A DNA stretch of 64,000 nt, taken from IMG/VR virus record IMGVR_UViG_3300028569_002417, positions 62,001 through 126,000 of that record; one strand, given 5' to 3'. Below are positions 29,114 through 38,146 of this stretch, piece after piece. The notes below the pieces were generated by a model. It was not told the DNA's origin. It worked only from the letters and a program-made list of their open reading frames with translations, and ran no database searches. Numbering within the stretch: the stretch's first letter is position 1; the number at the start of each line of letters is the position of its first letter. The position numbers were made by a program, and so were the translations under genes.

Positions 29114-30169
29114 TCACTCCGGTCTTACACAAATTTTTTGGCCTATCGCCAATAACTTTTCACGGTCTAGACCTTCGTGTCCAACCTGATCGGCATACTT
29201 GGCAAGCATTTCGTCGCCTTTATATAGAATAGCTTTAGCATCATGAATTATATGTTCATCAATGGTTTTTTTGTGCTGTTTTATTTCCAGACTTGCAAGA
29301 TTGCTGTTTTCAAGTATTTCTTTTTTAACATTTATCAGGTCTGTTGCGCCAATATCATCCACTTTTATTTGAACATAATTACCTTCAAGTTGATATTTTT
29401 CCTTATCTGCATAATTAATGACAAGATGCTTTGGGCTGAAATTATTTTCAATGTATTCTTTTTCGTTCTTATCTCCATCGAAAACAATTATATGTTTCTT
29501 TTGGAATGCTTCGCCAAAGCTTAACTGCAATGGAGATCCAATGTATTCAACCTTTTTATTAACACGTTGTTCAGCATGATAATGGCCTAAAAAGGTGTGT
29601 GTGTAATCATTAAACAAAGCTGCGCTAATCGGAACCATGTCTCCATCATGTTCTATTGTTACATCAGAATGTTGAGAGCCATGAAGTATTGCGCCGTCCA
29701 ATGCTATATGACCTAAAGCATATTCCATCATGCTGTGAAGCTTTTTTAATTCTTCAAGAGATTCAATTGGATTGTGGGTATAGGGAATAAAGTCCCAATT
29801 ATGGCCTTCTATTTCAATTCTAGACGGTTTTGAGATTACATGTACGTTTGGCAAAGAAGAAAGAGGCATGACGCTACTTATTGTGGTTTTATCGTTAAAC
29901 CATAAATCATGGTTTCCAAGAAGGAGATATATGTCAAAAATATTTTTATTAGATGAATTGGCGAATATTTCAAAAACTTTTTGATAGGTATATATCTCAA
30001 TTTTTTGACGATCATGAAAAAGATCGCCTCCAAACAAGATTGATTTGATTTTTAGTTTTTCAGCAGTGTCAAAAACCCATTGAAGAGCCTTGAGACAATC
30101 TTCAAGCCTTTGATTGCTTCTCTTGTGTGGGTGTAAATGAATATCACTGAAAAGTAAAACTTTAGACAT
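29114..30169 (-). CDS. sbcD: SbcD/Mre11/gp47-like nuclease
   Basis: SDIH, GGDLFH, GNHD, GH, LGHYH, YIGSP; true start MSKVLL after AGGAG. Confidence 0.95.
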   Translation of the reverse strand: MSKVLLFSDIHLHPHKRSNQRLEDCLKALQWVFDTAEKLKIKSILFGGDLFHDRQKIEIYTYQKVFEIFANSSNKNIFDIYLLLGNHDLWFNDKTTISSVMPLSSLPNVHVISKPSRIEIEGHNWDFIPYTHNPIESLEELKKLHSMMEYALGHIALDGAILHGSQHSDVTIEHDGDMVPISAALFNDYTHTFLGHYHAEQRVNKKVEYIGSPLQLSFGEAFQKKHIIVFDGDKNEKEYIENNFSPKHLVINYADKEKYQLEGNYVQIKVDDIGATDLINVKKEILENSNLASLEIKQHKKTIDEHIIHDAKAILYKGDEMLAKYADQVGHEGLDREKLLAIGQKICVRPE

Positions 30170-30260
30170 GATTCTCTCCTTAAGAAGCAGTATTGCAAAA
30201 TTTGCTTGGAAAATACAAGTGCAAAGCAATAAAATGTAGCAAGGGACCATAAATAAAACA

Positions 30261-30689
30261 ATGATAACTTTCAGACAATTTATCGAACACAAGTTGTTTA
30301 CGGAAGAAGATGCTCCGGGTGGCGCACCACCCGGTGGTCCTCCCGGTGGAGCTTCACCTATGCCCATGCCTCCCGGTGGTGCAGGTGGTCCTCCCGGTGG
30401 TGCTGGACCTGCTCCCGGTGGTGCTGGACCTGCTCCCGGTGGTGCAGGTGGTCAGACTGCTGCTAAAAAATTGCGTAGTTATAATTTCTGGGATTCTGCT
30501 GAAAAGATTCTTGATCCAGAAAAATCCGAAGAAAAACCTCAAGATGATGAAGAAGCTCCTCCAGAAGAGGAAGCACCTCCACCAGAAGCTGGTCAAGAAG
30601 CTCCACCTGCTCCTGAAATGGGAGGAGCAACTCCACCTGCCCCAGCTGATATGGGTGCCGAAGCTCCTCCTGCTCCACCAGCTGCTTAG
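30261..30689 (+). CDS. Pro/Gly/Ala/Glu-rich putative internal head protein
   Basis: MITFRQFIEHKLFTEE; four 21-nt repeats at 30369-30452; ATAAATA 5 nt before the ATG. Confidence 0.7.
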   Translation: MITFRQFIEHKLFTEEDAPGGAPPGGPPGGASPMPMPPGGAGGPPGGAGPAPGGAGPAPGGAGGQTAAKKLRSYNFWDSAEKILDPEKSEEKPQDDEEAPPEEEAPPPEAGQEAPPAPEMGGATPPAPADMGAEAPPAPPAA

Positions 30690-30782
30690 AAAATATCTTA
30701 AAAAATTCTTCTTTATTACGAAGATTCTTACTGGGCAAGGATGCCTTGTTTTAATTATTTTTCACTTATGCATAAATAAAAC

Positions 30783-31370
30783 ATGATGTCTTTTAGTCAA
30801 TTTATTGAAATTAGAGAAGGATTTGGCCCTTATATAGGACCATGTGTTGATACTGATAATTATCAGGTTCAAGGAGCTTGCAGTCAACTTAATTCTGATT
30901 CTAAAAATGCGAAGATTAGCAAAGGCGAATATAAGCATAAGAAAAAGAAAAAGCATCGTTTGAAAAACGAAGAAGCATTAGCAAATCCCAAGACTGCTGT
31001 TACTGGAGCAAGTTCTCCGCTTCTCGTATCTGCTCCTGTGGCAGATAGAGAAAAATGGAGTGCTAGCAAGAAAGATATCTTGAATTTTTGGAAAACGCTT
31101 GAGGCCAACAAGCCAATTACAACAAGTCCAATTAAATATGGTTTCAAGGGATCAACATATAGCGAAGATGGAATCCGTATAACAGGAAGTCCTGCTTATA
31201 TAACAAGTGTAATAAGTCATCTAAAAGACTTCTTAGCTTATGAGAACCCACAAAGCAAGCTAGCTGTTTCATATCGTGAAACACAATCTCCAAGCAAGAT
31301 TGCCACTGGACAAAGCAAGACAAGTTATGTATTTTACATTGCCGTCAAGGACAGAGGCGATAAAAACTAA
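30783..31370 (+). CDS. Putative internal head protein
   Basis: MMSFSQFIEIREG; ATAAATA 4 nt before the ATG. Confidence 0.7.
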   Translation: MMSFSQFIEIREGFGPYIGPCVDTDNYQVQGACSQLNSDSKNAKISKGEYKHKKKKKHRLKNEEALANPKTAVTGASSPLLVSAPVADREKWSASKKDILNFWKTLEANKPITTSPIKYGFKGSTYSEDGIRITGSPAYITSVISHLKDFLAYENPQSKLAVSYRETQSPSKIATGQSKTSYVFYIAVKDRGDKN

Positions 31371-31386
31371 GAGAGGAGTTCTCAAA

Positions 31387-31491
31387 ATGGAATTTTTTCT
31401 TTGGGGAGTTGTTGCTGGAATCGGATTTTCCTTTATCTATTTCACAGCTTCTGTATACTGGATTCTGAAGGATTATCAGAAGTCACGATAA
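31387..31491 (+). CDS. 34-aa single-TM peptide
   Basis: AGGAG SD; MEFFLWGVVAGIGFSFIYFTASVYWILKDYQKSR. Confidence 0.6.
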   Translation: MEFFLWGVVAGIGFSFIYFTASVYWILKDYQKSR

Positions 31492-31515
31492 TCATTCGAG
31501 GAGTCAATTAAAGCC

Positions 31516-31875
31516 ATGATGGCAATTCTTTGTACTGATGATCAGCTTAAGCTTAGAGAAGTCGAACGAGAATGCGTCAATCAGAAGTGGATTCCACTTC
31601 TGACATTCAAGCTTGAAAAAGATGAATCAATATATCTTCCTGTATTCAGCATTGAAGATACTGCCAAAAGCTTCATCAAGCGTAATCTTCCAAGATCTTG
31701 GACTCATGCTGGAATCTATTTGTCTGATCATGACTTTCTAGTTATTGAACAAAAAGGCTGGAAACTTGAACATTTCAGCTTTCCCAGAAAAATATCAGAT
31801 CTTCCTGATGTACACTTAAGCTTTGAGATTCATGACTTTGCAGACAAGCCAGACTATAAAGTCGGTCGCCTTTGA
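31516..31875 (+). CDS. Hypothetical protein
   Basis: GAGGAG SD; ORF track. Confidence 0.7.
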   Translation: MMAILCTDDQLKLREVERECVNQKWIPLLTFKLEKDESIYLPVFSIEDTAKSFIKRNLPRSWTHAGIYLSDHDFLVIEQKGWKLEHFSFPRKISDLPDVHLSFEIHDFADKPDYKVGRL

Positions 31876-31902
31876 TCTGCCTTTCATTTAGACGAGAAAA
31901 TT

Positions 31903-32994
31903 ATGCAACTCACAGAAGAACAAAAAGATGTGATCAAAGGCATCTTGAAATCATTGGACAATGAACAGATTGTCACAATGGGAGGTCTTGCCGGAGTAGG
32001 TAAATCGACAATTTGCCGAACACTTCTCCAAGCACTTAAAAATAAAGGTCTATCTTTTGCTGTAAGTGCATATACTGGAAAAGCGGCTAATGTTCTTCGT
32101 AAGAAAGGACTTGGTGCCAACACAATCCATAGTATGATTTATCGTCCTGAAACTGACTCAAAAAGCGAAACAACTTGGCATTTGATTCCAAAATGGGAAA
32201 TAGAAGAACAAGTAGATGGTTTTATTATTGATGAAGCCAGCATGGTCAGTAGAGAAATACATCAGGATTTAGTCTCTTTTGGCTTACCAATCATATATGT
32301 TGGTGATCATGGACAGCTTGAACCAATTGGAACAAAATTTAATTTAATGGAAAACCCGATGTATAGACTTGAAACTGTACATCGTAATGCAGGTGAAATT
32401 GCACATTTTGCAGAACATCTCCGCAAAGGTAATTCGGCCAGCACATTTTCTGCATCTCAAAAAGTTCAAATAGTAGAAGAATCAGTGATAGAAGATAGGC
32501 ATTTAGCTGCTGTTGATCAAATAATTGTTGCTTTCAACAAGACTAGAGTCAAACTTAATCAAAGGGTTAGAAAAGAAAAGAAGATAGATTTTACATTTAT
32601 TGCAAAAGGTGAAAAAATAATTTGTTTAAGAAACAGCAGGCAACTTGGTCTTTTCAATGGAATGCAAGGAGTCGTAACTAAAGTTCACAAAAATGAAAAA
32701 TTTGATTTCACTTCTGATGGTTTGAGTTTTCATCAGATTAAATATGATCACGATCAATTTGGGCAAGAATCAAATCAATTTGAATTCAAGCAGGAAGCTA
32801 ATCCTTTCGACTATGCTTACGCCATCACATGCCATAAAGCTCAAGGAGATCAGTTCGGCAATGTAATAGTCTATGAGCAAAGGTGTGACAACTGGGATCA
32901 TGTAAGATGGTCTTATACCGCTGCTAGCAGGGCCGTAAACGGATTAATTTGGGTAAAATCAACAGAATTTCACCCTTCTTATCTCTTGTCTTAG
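31903..32994 (+). CDS. SF1B DNA helicase (Dda/RecD-like)
   Basis: GLAGVGKS, TIHS, DEASM, GD..QL.P, YAITCHKAQG, YTAASRA. Confidence 0.93.
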   Translation: MQLTEEQKDVIKGILKSLDNEQIVTMGGLAGVGKSTICRTLLQALKNKGLSFAVSAYTGKAANVLRKKGLGANTIHSMIYRPETDSKSETTWHLIPKWEIEEQVDGFIIDEASMVSREIHQDLVSFGLPIIYVGDHGQLEPIGTKFNLMENPMYRLETVHRNAGEIAHFAEHLRKGNSASTFSASQKVQIVEESVIEDRHLAAVDQIIVAFNKTRVKLNQRVRKEKKIDFTFIAKGEKIICLRNSRQLGLFNGMQGVVTKVHKNEKFDFTSDGLSFHQIKYDHDQFGQESNQFEFKQEANPFDYAYAITCHKAQGDQFGNVIVYEQRCDNWDHVRWSYTAASRAVNGLIWVKSTEFHPSYLLS

Positions 32995-33020
32995 AAATCG
33001 AATTGAGTTAAGATGAATGT

Positions 33021-33404
33021 GTGAAAGCCAACATCATTCATGTTACTGACCATGCAGTTGCTCGTTGGAAACAACGAGTTTCTGACGATCCTTATTTGAA
33101 TGTTTATAGAATTATTGATGTTGTCAAAAAAGCAAAATTAATTTCAAAAAAAGAAATAATTCCATTTACAACACCAAGACAGAAAAACACTATTTATGCG
33201 ATTTATGAAGACATTCTTTTTGTTATGGAGCCAATTGAAATAGATGAATATAATTTAGTTACAATCATTACTCAGACAGCGACATACACTCAAATTGTCA
33301 AAAAAACAAAAAAAATCAAAGAGCGTTTTGTACCAGAAACTAAAAAAAAGAAAAAGAAAATTCCTGCAAGGAAAAAACTAATCAATTTAATTGATGACTA
33401 TTGA
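33021..33404 (+). CDS. Hypothetical protein (T.HA..RW..R motif; possible small nuclease fold)
   Basis: HVTDHAVARWKQRV ... LVTII; basic tail. Confidence 0.5.
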   Translation: MKANIIHVTDHAVARWKQRVSDDPYLNVYRIIDVVKKAKLISKKEIIPFTTPRQKNTIYAIYEDILFVMEPIEIDEYNLVTIITQTATYTQIVKKTKKIKERFVPETKKKKKKIPARKKLINLIDDY

Positions 33405-34261
33405 CTGTCTCTGTTGGAACTGTTGATTATATTGACAATCTCTTCTCTTCTATTTTGCCAATAGGCAAGAGCAATAGATTTACCTTCTTGAACAGTTATC
33501 AAATCATTATTTTGGTATGCGCTTCCTAATGTATCCTCTACAATATTATCGCTTAAAATTCTTCTTACTAGAATTTTTACAATTTCACCTTTTTGAGCAT
33601 ATATTTTTGAACACCATATGCTTCCCAAAGGAATGCTATTTTCCGGTTCATTTGTTTGAATTTCAACAATTTGTTTTTTGTAAAAAGGTCTTTCGTTTCT
33701 TTCTCTATTTTCTTCGATTATTTTTTTTGCATTTTCCAAATCTATAAGGTCTGATTCGTTCCACATAGAACTTAACATGTCCAAATAAATTTTATGTTTA
33801 ACGCACTTTTTAATGACTACCTTTTCCAACTCACCTTTTTTTGCCGCTAATTTAGAATACAAAATATTACCAGAATTAAATTTAGAAGATGGAACACCTG
33901 CAACAGGATTGATTTTTTCTTTTTTAATGATTGGTTCAAATGCTAACATGTTAACATTTATAATGTTCTGTGCTTCCTCAAGAGTAATCAATTCATCTTC
34001 TCTGTACAAGCTGTTTAGCCTGTCTTCGTAGAAATTTACATCTTTATAAAATGTTTTAATTGTATTTTTAATATAAACTTTTTCAATTACTATTTTTTCT
34101 AACTTTCCCTTCAAAGCAGCACTTTTCAAGTAGGCTATATCTTTGCCTTTAAGATGGCCAGTTGAATAACGATCATACTTGTGATAATAATATATTTTCT
34201 TCCACTGCTTGGCGCTACCAAGAACAAATAAATTGCCACTTCCAATATAATTATATACCAT
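33398..34261 (-). CDS. Hypothetical protein with three internal repeats
   Basis: Three copies of K..A.KG.(L/I).K..(I/V)...D.L.S.(Y/W)....LI. Confidence 0.7.
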   Translation of the reverse strand: MVYNYIGSGNLFVLGSAKQWKKIYYYHKYDRYSTGHLKGKDIAYLKSAALKGKLEKIVIEKVYIKNTIKTFYKDVNFYEDRLNSLYREDELITLEEAQNIINVNMLAFEPIIKKEKINPVAGVPSSKFNSGNILYSKLAAKKGELEKVVIKKCVKHKIYLDMLSSMWNESDLIDLENAKKIIEENRERNERPFYKKQIVEIQTNEPENSIPLGSIWCSKIYAQKGEIVKILVRRILSDNIVEDTLGSAYQNNDLITVQEGKSIALAYWQNRREEIVNIINSSNRDSQ

Positions 34262-34269
34262 GTGACCTC

Positions 34270-34764
34270 TTATGCGCTTAATGTTTCAATTCGCTGATCT
34301 ATTAGTGACAACTGAGACAGATAGTAAGAACTTCTATCTCTGTAAATAAGAGATTGAGGTGTAAAGAAGCTTTTGTTTCCATCTGTTATTTCATAAGTCA
34401 ATTCTGCATCTAAGTCCCAATAAAATCCCAATACCGAATATTGAAATCCATCTGCTGTATAAACGGTATCTCCCAAATTGTATGGTAATAATTTTCTTAA
34501 TATTGAATCGAACGAAAGGAAAGCCTCTCCACTTATTTCCACGCCGCCAGTTGTAGTGATGTTATAATCAGCTTGAACAGGCGAAAAACCATCAATTATT
34601 ACACCATTTTTTGTTGTAATTACATAATTATCTGATATACCAGATATGGTTGCTCCACCAGCAGCAACTACATTCATGAGTTTTTCAACCATTGCAGCAC
34701 CATCAACCAATACACCATTTGAGCTTGGCTGAAGGTTCTGCATAATCCATTGAATGAGTGGCAT
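34270..34764 (-). CDS. Hypothetical late protein
   Basis: ATATATA 4 nt before the ATG; repeated GGxxIxG motif; YNLGDTVY. Confidence 0.65.
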   Translation of the reverse strand: MPLIQWIMQNLQPSSNGVLVDGAAMVEKLMNVVAAGGATISGISDNYVITTKNGVIIDGFSPVQADYNITTTGGVEISGEAFLSFDSILRKLLPYNLGDTVYTADGFQYSVLGFYWDLDAELTYEITDGNKSFFTPQSLIYRDRSSYYLSQLSLIDQRIETLSA

Positions 34765-34816
34765 AATTTATATATTGTGTCTACTCTATTAGAATGATTA
34801 ATTTCGAGGCGAAACC

Positions 34817-35608
34817 ATGAATTTGATAAAAAAATGTCGTTATGGACTTATGATTTACAATAACAGCGACATATGGGTTGGTCGCTCTATTGAAAAATAC
34901 GGTGAGTTTTCTGAATCAGAAGTACAAGTTTTTCAAGATATAGTGAAACCCGGCAATGTTGTTCTCAATCTTGGAGCCAATATTGGATGCCACTCTGTTG
35001 CTTTGTCTAGATTGGTTGGACCAAATGGTGTTGTTTTTTCATATGAGCCAGAAAGAAATAATTTCACAACATTGGCTGGCAATATTGCCATAAACAACCT
35101 CAGAAACGTCTATGCCTTTCAAAAAGCAGTTGGTTCAACAAGCGGTCTTATTGCAGTGCCAGAAATCAACATAGAAAAGACAGTTAACTTCGGAGGTCTT
35201 TCTCTTGTTCATGATTACAGTGGTAGCTCACACTATCCAGTTCCACTCATCACACTTGATGAATGTAATTTTATCAAGTGTGATTTAATTAAAATTGATA
35301 TTGAAGGAATGGAAAAATTAGCTTTGCAAGGATCACAAGAAACCATTAAGAAAAACAAACCAATTCTTTATGTTGAAAACGACAGAGAAGAAAAATCTAA
35401 AGATTTAATCGAATACATAAAATCATTGGATTATATTGTTTACAAACACCTTGCTCCTCTTTTTAATCCTAACAATTTTTTTGGTAACAAGGAAAATGTT
35501 TTTGTAAATGAAAATAATGCCTTGATAGTGTCAAGCAACCTTTATTGTCACCATAAAAGCATTGATTCTCCAATTAATGTCAAAAAATTTGCAATGGAGT
35601 TAATTTGA
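34817..35608 (+). CDS. FkbM-family methyltransferase
   Basis: LGANIG.H, EP, LIKIDIEGME, P.LYVEN. Confidence 0.92.
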   Translation: MNLIKKCRYGLMIYNNSDIWVGRSIEKYGEFSESEVQVFQDIVKPGNVVLNLGANIGCHSVALSRLVGPNGVVFSYEPERNNFTTLAGNIAINNLRNVYAFQKAVGSTSGLIAVPEINIEKTVNFGGLSLVHDYSGSSHYPVPLITLDECNFIKCDLIKIDIEGMEKLALQGSQETIKKNKPILYVENDREEKSKDLIEYIKSLDYIVYKHLAPLFNPNNFFGNKENVFVNENNALIVSSNLYCHHKSIDSPINVKKFAMELI

Positions 35609-36498
35609 TTACAGCATTTATTGTTTTTTTAAGTTTAGGTCAAAATGCGCCTGAAACAACAGGACTTCCTTATGATCGCAATGCCAAAAACATTGCGACT
35701 CTCTTCACCATGACAAATGAAGATGGAAGGCTTGAAAACATCCAAATTATGGAAAGTATTTTCAAAGATGGAAGTCTTGGATTCAAATCTGAATCACATC
35801 ATAATAAGTCTTCAAAATACATTTACGAGAGATTAGAATCTGCCGCAAAAGAAGTAGGAACATACGGAACACTTCTTTTTTATGTAAATAGTCATGGAGG
35901 AGGAAGCTGGAAAAATTTTTCAATGACTGCTGCTGGAGGTGATTTCAAATTCAGCAAAGCTCTTCAAGCTATTGCAAAAGGAAACAAAGTGAAAAGACTT
36001 ATTATTTTCATAGACACATGTCACGCAGAAGGAGGAATTCAAGAAGGATTCCAAGAAGGAGGCAAGCAGATTTTGAACATAAGAACAGGTTTGCAAGAAC
36101 TACCTTCAATTTATAAGGTTTCTGACCCAGATAAGTTTTTTGACACAGAAATTACAATTAATTATGGACAAGATAGCGGTTCTTATTCAGAAGCACTGAT
36201 ACTTGCCTCGACAAATGTTAACACATTATCAACAAGAACTATTTTCCCAACAAAAATGAAAGCAACACTTCAAAAAATAAAAAATGAAAAAACAATTACA
36301 GTAGCACAATTCTTAAAGAAATTCGCAGAATCACACAATGACGTTTATCAAAAACCATTATACAAAGTTTTACCAGATGATAAAATTTTGAGTGAACCTT
36401 TGTTTGCTAATGTTGTAAGAGAGATCACGATATTTGACAGAGTTGAAAATAAAAAAATCAATTTACCGAGCAGTTATGTCATTTTGCCTTCTGATTAA
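35605..36498 (+). CDS. Signal-peptide-bearing caspase-like (clan CD) protease
   Basis: Hydrophobic N-terminus; LFYVNSHG and IFIDTCH dyad motifs. Confidence 0.65.
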   Translation: MITAFIVFLSLGQNAPETTGLPYDRNAKNIATLFTMTNEDGRLENIQIMESIFKDGSLGFKSESHHNKSSKYIYERLESAAKEVGTYGTLLFYVNSHGGGSWKNFSMTAAGGDFKFSKALQAIAKGNKVKRLIIFIDTCHAEGGIQEGFQEGGKQILNIRTGLQELPSIYKVSDPDKFFDTEITINYGQDSGSYSEALILASTNVNTLSTRTIFPTKMKATLQKIKNEKTITVAQFLKKFAESHNDVYQKPLYKVLPDDKILSEPLFANVVREITIFDRVENKKINLPSSYVILPSD

Positions 36499-37855
36499 TT
36501 GGTAAGCTTTCTACAACTTCATGGATAAGGTCTTTCCAAGTTGTTTTACAACGAAACAATCTTGCAGATGGATACCAAGGAGTTGTTTCTACATCATCAA
36601 ACCATCGCCAATCACAATGTTTTGCCAGTAAAATCCAAACTGGCTTACCCATGGCTCCACACAAGTGAGCTAGTCCCGTATCAACTGTAATGACCAGATC
36701 AAGACTTTCAATGATGTTGGCTAAGTCTGTAAAGTTTTGTATTTTTTTACTCATGTCGATTACAGAAAAAGATTCAATTCCTTCATTCAAATCAATACTT
36801 CCTTGTGGCCAATCCCTTTTTGTTTTAACGCCTTTCATAAGACTGTAACATTGAACATTTTTACATTCAATCAGTTCTTTCATGGCAATAATTGGCATTG
36901 ATCTTAAAAAATCTCTTGCGTGGTCTGAGTTTCCTCCCCAACATATTCCTATTTTCATTTTACTTTTTGGACATTTTAATTTAATTTTTCCCGTTGACTT
37001 GAAATAAGGCTCGCAAAAAACGTCTTCTGAATTGCATGTTTTGAATATTTTAGGCAAACTGCAAACAGAAATACAGTAATCACTCTTGGGAGGGTCTGGC
37101 CAATTATTATTATTTTGTCTTGATATAACTTCATCGATATCAAAACTATCACGCACCATTTGTGCAATTGGCTCTTGAACCTCACAAATTATTTTACCAA
37201 CAAGTGGACGAATTCTTTTTATAAATCTGGAAAAGAAAATAAAGTCTCCCAACCCTTGCTCGCTATAAATAAGCAATGATTTTTTCTTGATCTTTTGTCC
37301 TTCCCATTCTGGCTGTAAAAACCTTTTCTTGAATCTCGAAGTAATATCATGGGAAAAAAATCTATAATCATAAAGCCTAAATCCTTCCTCATATTCTCCA
37401 CGCCTAAGCAAACTTAACCCTAAGTTGAAATTACTCATGGCATGATTAGGATTTATATTAAGCGATTTTCGATACATTTCTTCAGATTCTTTGTATCTTA
37501 ATACATTTGCAAGAACTACTCCTGCATTATAATAAGGGTCAAGATTTTCTCCCCTTGAGTAGTCAATAGTTTTCATCGCTGTTTCAACAGAATTATCGTG
37601 ATCTCCCATTACGCTGTAAACATGAGTCAAATTAGACCAAATATGCCAATTTGAAGGATCAATTTTTAGAGCCGACTCAAATGTTTCTAATGATTTTTTA
37701 TAATCTTTCAAATTGGTGCAATATGATAGCCCTAAACAGTTTAGCGCCTGAACAGCCATGTGTTCACAAGACCAAATAGCCTCTCCATTCCTTCCTTGAG
37801 AAGTCAAACTAGTGTAATCGGTGTAAAAATCAGACAGTAATTTTTCTAAATGCAT
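36479..37855 (-). CDS. TPR + GT-B (GT9-like) glycosyltransferase
   Basis: TPRs; EQGLGD, IGICW.G, DLVITVDT..AHL.GAMG.P, WRW, PWYPS. Confidence 0.88.
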   Translation of the reverse strand: MHLEKLLSDFYTDYTSLTSQGRNGEAIWSCEHMAVQALNCLGLSYCTNLKDYKKSLETFESALKIDPSNWHIWSNLTHVYSVMGDHDNSVETAMKTIDYSRGENLDPYYNAGVVLANVLRYKESEEMYRKSLNINPNHAMSNFNLGLSLLRRGEYEEGFRLYDYRFFSHDITSRFKKRFLQPEWEGQKIKKKSLLIYSEQGLGDFIFFSRFIKRIRPLVGKIICEVQEPIAQMVRDSFDIDEVISRQNNNNWPDPPKSDYCISVCSLPKIFKTCNSEDVFCEPYFKSTGKIKLKCPKSKMKIGICWGGNSDHARDFLRSMPIIAMKELIECKNVQCYSLMKGVKTKRDWPQGSIDLNEGIESFSVIDMSKKIQNFTDLANIIESLDLVITVDTGLAHLCGAMGKPVWILLAKHCDWRWFDDVETTPWYPSARLFRCKTTWKDLIHEVVESLPINQKAK

Positions 37856-37914
37856 CTGTTTTGTCCTATATAAAATAGTTTTGAACCTAAAAATAAAATG
37901 AAAAGGCAATCTTT

Positions 37915-38142
37915 ATGGCAGACTTATTTAGTAACAATCTAGATTTAACAATAATGCGCCATGAACATGCAAAAATGATTGCTCAGGTGAACATCCAAGC
38001 CAAAAGCATCAGAATAATTGAGTTACAAGAAGAAATTGTTCGTTGTAATAACGATATGGAAGCACAAAAAAAAGTAATCGAAGAAGCAGAGAGAAACATA
38101 AAAATCCATCAAGAGGCTAAAAATTCCAAAGAAAAGGAGTAA
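37915..38142 (+). CDS. Small coiled-coil protein
   Basis: Heptad-like composition; first gene of the fibre cluster. Confidence 0.65.
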   Translation: MADLFSNNLDLTIMRHEHAKMIAQVNIQAKSIRIIELQEEIVRCNNDMEAQKKVIEEAERNIKIHQEAKNSKEKE

Positions 38143-38146
38143 TTAA

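Noticed and set aside
30170-30367. N-terminal extension of SbcD in the ORF track
   Set aside because: Overlaps the divergent gene; the real start MSKVLL has an AGGAG SD and lies next to the first motif
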